A DNA stretch of 64,000 bases. It comes from Chloroflexota bacterium. Its GTDB lineage: Bacteria > Chloroflexota > Anaerolineae > Anaerolineales > Villigracilaceae. The first letter of the stretch is position 1, and every line of letters starts with the position of its first letter. The translations under genes were made by a program, and so were the position numbers. Under the pieces are notes generated by a model. That model worked only from the letters and a program-made list of their open reading frames with translations. It was not told the DNA's origin and made no database searches. Positions 37,435 to 46,200 of this stretch are shown here, piece after piece. The stretch lies in assembly GCA_026390035.1 (NCBI GenBank), contig JAPLGT010000035.1, positions 3,330 through 67,329 of the forward strand. The letters are read 5' to 3'.

Positions 37435-38337
37435 TTAGATTCCCTGATAACAAACGAAGGTAAACCCATTTATACTCTGCAACCTGGGGTGTCGCCTGTG
37501 AACCCGTCTGCCGGGCCCGGGAAGTTGGTTAAAATATTTGGTCTCTCCATCAGCCGAACCAAAGAAATAGTCCGGCTGTCCTGCCTGAGCGCGGGCATGT
37601 AGTTGGTCTGCTAGCTGCCAGCCATTCAGGGCCTTGCCCTGATAAGTCCACTTGAATGGTTTGGCCATTGTCAGGTTGTAATATTCGATGAAAGCCAGAA
37701 CTTTGCGTTTTAGATCATCCACTGATGTGAAATTGCCTCGTTTCAGAGCTTTTCGAACCAGGATACTGAACCAAATATCGATTTGGTTCATCCAAGAAGC
37801 ATGCTTGGGCGTGTAATGAAAAACGATGCGATGTGTTGGATCACTCAAAAAGGCGGCGCGCGAAGCTTTCGATTTCAAAATACCGGATTTACCTTTCTCG
37901 CCTAAATCAGAAGTAATGTCTGACTCTTCCGCAACATATCGAACCAGCGATTCTGACATGTGCGTGTTGAGATTATCGCAAACAAAGCCATATTTCACGA
38001 CCAATGGGTCAGAAACAACGCGCTCTTTGATATGCGCCAGGAAATCTTTTTCGTTGCGAGTCTTCTTTGCTGTGCAGGCAACCAGTTTTCCAAGCACAAT
38101 ATCAAAGTTGCAGGTAAAAGACAAAGTACCATGCCGTTTGTATTCGAACTCAATACGCCTTACCTTGCCAGGCTGCATGGGTAGATCCGGATGTTTACGC
38201 TCTAATGCTTGAACACCTGTCATTTCATCGATACTTTCCAGCTGTTCTCCCTGTTTGGCCAGTTCAGGAGCTTGTTTGCAAGCCTCGTTAATAGCAGCAA
38301 CCTTGTCGTCAAAACCTGCTTCACACGCTGGTGTCAA
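37435..38337 (-). CDS. IS630-family transposase, DDE catalytic part (orfB)
   Basis: [24 protein letters not shown] and [16 protein letters not shown] form the DD(E/D) triad region. The frame is +1 relative to orfA. Confidence 0.8.
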   Translation of the reverse strand: MTPACEAGFDDKVAAINEACKQAPELAKQGEQLESIDEMTGVQALERKHPDLPMQPGKVRRIEFEYKRHGTLSFTCNFDIVLGKLVACTAKKTRNEKDFLAHIKERVVSDPLVVKYGFVCDNLNTHMSESLVRYVAEESDITSDLGEKGKSGILKSKASRAAFLSDPTHRIVFHYTPKHASWMNQIDIWFSILVRKALKRGNFTSVDDLKRKVLAFIEYYNLTMAKPFKWTYQGKALNGWQLADQLHARAQAGQPDYFFGSADGETKYFNQLPGPGRRVHRRHPRLQSINGFTFVCYQGI

Positions 38338-38365
38338 CCAATAACGGCTCAGATGCGGCTTGATA

Positions 38366-38830
38366 TCACCGTCTTTTTAAAAGCTTTGCTGCATGTCTGG
38401 CTGAAATATTATCAACAATCTTGCGTTTCATTACTTCATCGGCGATTTCTCGTGCTGTCCACTCGGTAATGGGTATTTCGGAGTCTTCCGGTAATTCACA
38501 AGCCAGCGATTCAATCCTACAACGCTGGTCAGTAGTAATGCGGCTAGGCGCGCCAGGACGAGGCTCATCTTGTAAGCGATCTTCAAGGCTCAAATCGTCG
38601 TAAGAAATAGTTTGTGCTTTTGCAAAACGATTTCTCCAGCGCTGAATAGTGTTGATGCTTATCTCGTACTCTATAGCGATCGCATGATTGGTTTTTCCTT
38701 GTCCTGCCGCCAAGACGATTCGCGCTCGTAAAGCGATTTGTTGGCCGACATTGTGCCGACGAACTAACTGCTCAAGTCCGGTTTGCTCGTTTTCCTGCAA
38801 GTTCACATCTGTTGCTTTTGGAAATGACAT
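38366..38830 (-). CDS. IS630-family transposase, N-terminal HTH part (orfA)
   Basis: [35 protein letters not shown] is an HTH, followed by a second HTH-like region. The ORF ends in ...AKLLKRR*, inside a T4A5 run. Confidence 0.8.
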   Translation of the reverse strand: MSFPKATDVNLQENEQTGLEQLVRRHNVGQQIALRARIVLAAGQGKTNHAIAIEYEISINTIQRWRNRFAKAQTISYDDLSLEDRLQDEPRPGAPSRITTDQRCRIESLACELPEDSEIPITEWTAREIADEVMKRKIVDNISARHAAKLLKRR

Positions 38831-39002
38831 TCTGATTTACCTGTTTTCAGTTTTCAACATAGTTTACCGAGTGCCAACACTTGCGGCAACCTCCTTTTGC
38901 GTTATATTTATTATTTACGCCCAAGTGTACTAGCCATCCCAGGCGGCAAGTCAGCAATTCTATTTTGAAATAAAATAAAAGTAAGGGGAGAATTTGGGCA
39001 GA

Positions 39003-40142
39003 CTAATTTCCGGGGCCTGGCAGATCCGAATTATGTTGCTTGATTAGAAGTTGTAGCTCAGGGTGATTCTTTAAACTCTGTGGTGCAACACAGCTGCTTT
39101 TGGCACATTGGATTCCCCAGGTATAAGCAATATCAAAAACAGGATTCGGCACCAAGGATTTCCAAAGATCGAGCATATCCTGGAATTCCGTCGTTGTGGG
39201 CGTCCGGTAGTAAATACTCTTGCCATCCAACCTACCTTCTTGTCCAAACGCCTGGTAAACAGGAATGATGGCAGAACCAGGAATTCCATTTGCGATAGCC
39301 GACTGCACTCGGTCTGAAATCTTACTGATATCGCATGGTACAGGCAGTCCGGCACTATCGAAATGACAGGGGTATGGATCAAGGCCAATCAGATCAACAT
39401 GGGTGTTTTCCGGTCTTAATGCACGGTATTCACAGCCCTCGCCTTCTGGACACATATTGCTCCCGTCCAGAATCGTGATATATGTTTTCTGCCCTGGCGC
39501 ATTTGTATGGACATAGTCAGACCGGGCCCTGATGGCGCTGGCAGCATCTGGGCACACGGACGGGTGGGGTTCATCCGACAGATTGTAGCCAAAAACTTTG
39601 GGGTTGTTGGACAGGATATCTACTATAGCCTTAAACTCGGCATCACTAAAACCTGGAGCGGGACAGCTTTGACCTTTGGCGGCATTACCCAAATTTCCCA
39701 ACCAAACCAGCGCCTGGGTTCCTTCTGGCAAGGCATTAACGAGCGCAAGTGTACTGGCTGGATTGGTTTTACTGCCAGTGATGTCGAATATGTTAAAACC
39801 TAAAGCGATTAGATCAGCTATGCCTGCCTGGGTGTTGAATGCATAATGGTACGTAACAGTGGGTGCTATCAATGCTGTCGGCGCCACTGCAGTTTCACTG
39901 TTCGTTATTATAGGAGAAGGGGTTGCCTGGGGCTCTACAGCGGTTACATTTTCAATTATCGTCCGGGAAGGGGTTGCCTGGGGAACAGCCGTGGTCTGAA
40001 ACACAATTGGTGTTGGATGGGCGGTTGCTATTGTCGTTAGAACACCACTGCCCGTGTTACCTTCACTTCCACAGGCGACGAGAAAAAATGAGATTAAAAG
40101 ACAAATAATGTACGCTTTTGAAGTTGCGGTCATGAACATCAT
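39003..40142 (-). CDS. Secreted lipoprotein with TIM-barrel glycoside-hydrolase-like domain (tentative)
   Basis: Signal peptide plus lipobox: CLLISFFLVACGS. A Pro/Thr linker carries repeated PQATPS. The C-terminal domain has GYNLSDEP (reminiscent of the clan GH-A NEP acid/base motif) and LIGLDPYP. The functional call is weak. Confidence 0.45.
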   Translation of the reverse strand: MMFMTATSKAYIICLLISFFLVACGSEGNTGSGVLTTIATAHPTPIVFQTTAVPQATPSRTIIENVTAVEPQATPSPIITNSETAVAPTALIAPTVTYHYAFNTQAGIADLIALGFNIFDITGSKTNPASTLALVNALPEGTQALVWLGNLGNAAKGQSCPAPGFSDAEFKAIVDILSNNPKVFGYNLSDEPHPSVCPDAASAIRARSDYVHTNAPGQKTYITILDGSNMCPEGEGCEYRALRPENTHVDLIGLDPYPCHFDSAGLPVPCDISKISDRVQSAIANGIPGSAIIPVYQAFGQEGRLDGKSIYYRTPTTTEFQDMLDLWKSLVPNPVFDIAYTWGIQCAKSSCVAPQSLKNHPELQLLIKQHNSDLPGPGN

Positions 40143-40240
40143 CCATAGTGTAGCTAATTATCACTGACATTCACCAGCGATAAATAGATTTAATATCGGT
40201 GAAAACGAATCGACCAAGGTTGGGGTTTCCATGTGGAATA

Positions 40241-40274
40241 AAGAATGGGGTTAGCATTTGCCAGCCCCATTCTT
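40241..40274 (-). terminator. Hairpin downstream of the giant gene (possible partial terminator)
   Basis: AAGAATGGGG (40241-40250) pairs with CCCCATTCTT (40265-40274). On the minus strand it is followed by TTATT. Confidence 0.45.
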
Positions 40275-40294
40275 GTTGATGAAAAGATTGGTCA

Positions 40295-43200
40295 TTATGG
40301 AACGCTGAAAGTCCGCCAAGTTCTTACTGAGCCAAAACCGCTGCTGCCTACCGAATTAACCGCTGCCACACTGAATGAGTAACTACCCGACGGCAGGACC
40401 ACAGATGTTTTATAACTGCAGATACCACCAACACATGTTGCGGCTATGGATTGGTTGTTCACCGGATATGTGCGCGTGCGAGTATTGTAAACGGACAACT
40501 GATAGGATATGGCCCCGGTGGATTGATTCCAGGTGAATGTCGGGGAGGCTGCCGTGCTACCATTCGGCGAAATCGTAATCGGGATCGTTGGGATGGCGAT
40601 AGCCGTAGTGAAACTCACATCGCTACCATACGATGTGCCGGAAGAGTTTGTAGCGTAGGCACGAACATGGTAAAGCGTTCCAGATGTTAGGCCTGTGATG
40701 GAGCTTGTGAAAGCGCCGGTTACATTTCTCGTGCCTTGCGCTGTCTTGGTCGTCAACGCAATGGTGGGATTGGCTGCCGTACCCCAGACGACACCATACT
40801 GAGTCGGATTAGGCACACCGAGAGACGTGATGTTGCCATTGCCGGTAGCTGTGGTAGTTCCGATGGCAGTGACTGCCTGCGTGGTGACAGTTGGAGGCCC
40901 AGGAACGGTAAAGGTAACATCTGCACCGTAGGCTGTGCCAGCCGTGTTAGTGGCGTAGGCGCGAACATGGTAGATGGTACCGGGTATCAGACCTGTGATG
41001 GAGCTTGTGAAAGCGCCGGTTACATTTCTCGTGCCTTGCGCTGTCTTGGTCGCCAACGCAATGGTGGGATTGGCTGCCGTACCCCAGACAACACCATACT
41101 GAGTCGGAGTAGGCACACCGAGAGACGTGATGTTTCCATTGCCGGTAGTGGTAAATGTAGTGTCGGCACCGTAGGATGTGCCAGCCGTGTTAGTAGCGTA
41201 GGCGCGAACGTGGTAGGTGGTGTTGGGGGCAAGACCTGTGATGGAACTTGTGAAAGCGCCGGTTACATTTCTCGTGCCTTGCGCTGTCTTGGTCGCCAAC
41301 GCAATCGTGGGATTAACTGCCGTATCCCAGGCGACACCGTACTGGGTTGGGTTGGGTACACCAAGAGATGTAATGTTACCGTTCCCAGTGGCTGTGGTAG
41401 TCCCGATAGTAGTAACTGCTTGAGTTGTAACGGTTGGAACTGTAGAAGACGCCAGAATCGTATACGTTACAGTGATCTGGATGTAATCCACTGAGGCTGT
41501 TCTGCTGTTGGAACTCCTTGCCGATAAAGCCACACCGAAGTTGCTGGCATTGATATCGGCAGGGGTCCATGTGGTTCCCCAAAGATCAGATATTGAACCG
41601 TAAGTTGCGGCGACTGGCGAGCCGGTCGGCCATTCTGTTGAGGTTGCTGCCTTATTGGTGCCAGTCAGTGTACCGCCTTTGATCAAACTGACAATATTAT
41701 CCTGCACATCCTTACCTGCGCCGGTAGCGCTTTCAAAACGTCCAATGGCAACAGCGATCCCATTGATCGTTGCATTAGCAGGAATGGCAAAGCCATAATT
41801 GGTGCCTTGCAGATAACGCGAGATGGCGTTACTAAGCGTGGCAGTTGTATAACTGGTATCGTCAGCAATGATGTTGCCCGGGTTCGTCCATGAGACTGTT
41901 CCGATACCTATTACGTTAGTGCCTGTTCCTGTGTTCGTGGCTGAAGTGGTAGTAGTAACTGCGTAGTAGGTAGTAAAAGTGACATCTTCACCATAGGCTG
42001 TGCCGAGTGCGTTGGTAGCATAGGCTCGGACGTGATAGAGCGTACCCGAGGTTAGACCTGTGATAGTGCTTGTAAACGCACCAGTGGCTGCAGGAATGCC
42101 CTGTGCAGTCTTGGTAGTCAACGCGATGGTGGGATTGGCTGCGGTATCCCAGACGACACCGTACTGTGTGGGGGTGGGAGAACCAAGAGAAGTAATATTA
42201 CCGTTCCCCATGGCAGTGGTAGACCCGATAGCTGTGACCGCCTGAGTGGTAATTGTCGGTAATGATGCGGTAGCTCCCAGTTGAAATTCATAGGCGCCCC
42301 GATCATCATAGGTGCGTGTGCCAACACCGCTATTCACCGTGAGCAGATCATCCACACGCGCATTACCATCTAGATCCAGGGTTGGTTCGTTGGAAACATT
42401 CGAGTTGGCACTGTCAATAGCCGGAGAGCCATAGTTCAGATGATAGTCACCGACGTTCACCGCGACATTATAAGGGGCGGTCGCCGGACGTTGAGCGACC
42501 GGGGCTGGCGCGATGAAAAGCGGGGTCATTTGCAGGCCATGCACTTCCTGACCGGGCACGGCCGCCTGGAAGGCCACCAGCGTCACGTAGTTGATACCAT
42601 TCCATTGGATCTCGGCTGTACCACTGTTCAAATAAAAGATATTGTAATCAAAGGTATCACCGACCAGGGAAGTCGCATCAAAGCGGAGGTTACTTGGCTG
42701 TCCGGAGGAGGTTCCGCCGCCAACCAGTTGGAGTAACCCGTTGTCGACCAGGATATTGTTCATCACCGTTGCGCCACCTGAACCGGGTGCAGCGGTGCCT
42801 TCAAAATTGATCCCGGCAGTCACATTACCATGGACGGTGTTGCCAATGACTGTGTTGTTCGGCGAATTCAAGTTATCCACGCCGTGGTCGCCATTCCCGT
42901 AAAGGAGATTGCCGATGATGAAATTACCGCTGGCACCGGTGTAGTTGGTCACCCCGGAGTCTTCATTGCCATAGCTGGTATTATGCAGGATCGTATTGTT
43001 GGTGGTTCCACTCCCATCGAGCCGGATGCCGCTGGCATCCCGGATATATCCCTGGGCGTTGCCGAACGTGAGGTTGTTGCTGACCAGATTACCGTTGGAG
43101 CCATTCGTAAGGTAAATACCATGCGAGCTGTTGTGATCGGTGGTGTTCCCACTGATCGTGGAATTGGTGGTGCTATTGATGTAGATACCGCCATGGGTGG

Positions 43201-46200
43201 AGCCAGAGACCGGTTGGCCAGAGTAACTGACGTGGTTGTTTGAGATCGTGATGTTGTTTGAACCGGAAACGTAAATGCCATAATCAGCAGTGCCGGTGAC
43301 AGTGAAACCATTGACCACGATGTAGCTCTTGCCCGACAGCTGGAAGGCATTGCCGCCGCTGGCCAAGCCATTACCTGAGACCGTAACACCCGTCGCGGCA
43401 GTATAGGTGATAGGCAGGCCAGCCGAGCCCGAATTCGTCCCGCTCACCGTCTCGGCGTAGGTGCCGGCTAATGCATACACAGTGTCACCGGCAGCGACTA
43501 AACTAGCGGCTTTGCCAATCGTGCAGAACGGCAGGGCGGTTGTCGCACCAGAACCCGTATCGCTGCAAGCCAGATTTGTGTTATCCACGTAATAGGTGGC
43601 GTGGGGAGTTGTGAAGGTGAGATCCGCGCCATAAGATGGGCCTGCAGAATTCCAGGCATAAGCCCGAACATGGTAAAGTGTATTGGAAGTCAAGCTCGTG
43701 ATATTGCTCGTGAAGGCCCCCGTAGCGCTGACCGGTCCATCCATGGTTATGTTATCTTGAATGGTAGGATTGGCCAGGGTACTCCAGACAACACCATGCT
43801 GAATTGGGGTGAGTACGCCGAGAGAAGTGACCGTGCCATTTCCGGTGACAAATGATTGCGTAATATTGGTAACCGCCTCCGTGGTCACGCTAGGAAGTTG
43901 CGCTCCAGCTAGTGGTTGAAACTCATACGCGCCACGATCATCATAGGTGCGCGTGCCAACACCGCTATCCACTGTGAACGGATTATTAACCCGGGCATTG
44001 CCCTCGATATCCAGGGTTGGCTGGTTGGAAGCATTAGAGTTGGCGCTGTCAATGGCTGGTGAGCCGGACATCAGATGGTAGTCGCCCACATTTACAGTGA
44101 CGTTGAAGGGTGCTACCGGCGGGTGCTGAGCGATCGGGGCAGGCGCAACGAAGAACGGGTTGGCCTGTAATCCGTGTGTTTCTTGTCCAACCACCGCATC
44201 TTGGAAGGCTGCTAAAGTCGGATAGTTGATGCCACTCCATTGAATCTCGGTGCCAGAACCGGTTAGATAATAAATGTTGTAATCGAGGGCGTTACCGATC
44301 GCAGAAGCAACATCAAATCGCAGGTTACCTGGCATTCCACTGGGTGGTGTTCCGCCGCCAACCTGTTGTAGTAGCCCGTTGTCAACCATGATATTGTTGG
44401 CAACCGTTGCGCCGCCTGACCCAGGGGCTACTGCGCCTTCAAAATTGATCCCGGTGGTCACATTACCTTGTACAGTGTTGCCGATGACCATGTTATTTGG
44501 CGCAGCATTGAAATCAAGGCCATGATCGCCGTTCCCGTAGGCGAGATTACCGATGAAGGAATTCCCACTGGAACCATAGTAACTGGTCACCCCAGAGTCT
44601 TCATTAGCATAGGTAATATTATGCAGGATCGTATTGTTGTTACTCGCGTCGAGGCGAATTCCGCTTGCATCCCGTAGAAATTGTCGGGCATTGGCGAACG
44701 TGATATTGTTACTGACCAGGTTATTGTTGGAACCATTGGTAAGTAGAATACCATGATAGCTGTTGTGATCAGATGTATTCCCGCTGATCGTGGAACCGGT
44801 GGTGCTGTTGATGTAGATGCCCATCCGAACGGTTAATGTATCCACCGGGCTGCCAGAGTAGCTGACCTGGTTGTTTGAGATGGTGATGTTGGTCGAGCCC
44901 CAAACATATATCCCATAATCCGCAGTGCCGGTAACCGTGAAACCGTCTACCACGATGTAGCTTTTGCTAGTGATACGGAAGGCGCCGCCCGGGCTGGTTG
45001 AACCGTTGCCGCTCACCGTGACACCCGGCACAGCAGAATAGGTGATGGGCGAATCAACGGAACCGGATTTTGGCACGTTCACCGTTTCGGCGTAAGTGCC
45101 AGCCAACACCCGCACGGTGTCACCGGCAATGGCTATACTGGCAGCTTTGCCAATCGTACAGAACGGCAGGACGATTGTTGTACCAGAACTTGTATCGCTG
45201 CATGCTGGATTCGTTTTATCCACGTAGTAGATGGCGTGAGGAGTTGTGAAAGTAACATCCTCGCCATAGGCCACGCCTGCAGAATTCCAGGCATATGCCC
45301 GAACGTGGAAAAGCGTACCAGGGATAAGACCCGTGATATTGCTCGTGAAGCTACCTATTGCACTGACCGGTCCTTCCGCGGTTTTGTTATCCTGAACGGT
45401 AGGATTAGCCAGGGTACTCCAGACAACACCATGCTGAGTTGGGTTGAGTACACCGAGAGTAGTGACAGTGCCATGCCCGGTAGCTGATGATTGTGTAATA
45501 TTGGTAACAGCTTGCGTAGTCACGCTGGAAAGTTGCGCTCCAGCCACGGGTTGATATTCATACGAGCCGCGATCATCATAGCTGCGAGTGCCAGCACCCG
45601 TGTCTGTAGTGAATGGTTCATCCACCCGGGCATTGCCCGCGAGATCCAGGGCCGGTTCGTTGGATGCGTTGGAGTTGGCGCTGTCAATGGCTGGAGAGCC
45701 ATTGTTCAGATGGTAGTCTCCGCTATTTACCGCCACATTATAAGGGGCGCCAGACGGTCTTTGAGCGACCGAGGCAGGTGTGATAAAGAACGGGTTCGCC
45801 TGTACTCCGTGGGTTTCCACTCCAACCACCGCGCTCTGGAAGGCTGCCAGCGTCGTATAGCTTGTGGTGCCCCAGATGATCTGGACGGACCCGCTATTCA
45901 GATAGTAGAGATTGTAGTCGATGCTATCGTTGGCTAACGAAAAGGCATCAAAGCGCAGGTTGCCTGCATTTCCACTCGCCGTTCCACCGCCAACCTGTTG
46001 GAGTAACCCATTGTCGACCAGGACATTGTTGGCGACAATCGCGCCGCCTGAACCAGGGGCTGCGGTCCCTTCAAAATTGATACCTGATGTGACGTTGCCC
46101 TGCACGGTGTTACCGACGATTATATTGTTCGGCGCGGTGCTGAAATCAATGCCGTGGTCACCGTTTCCATAACTCAGGTTGCCAACTACAAAATTGTTAT

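Larger units (their letters stand above)
37400..38900 (-). mobile_element. IS630-family insertion sequence (boundaries approximate)
   Basis: Two consecutive transposase ORFs, HTH then DDE. I could not define clean terminal inverted repeats or a TA duplication. Only a short CCGCAA(C/G)T match is seen near 37425 and 38885. Confidence 0.55.
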
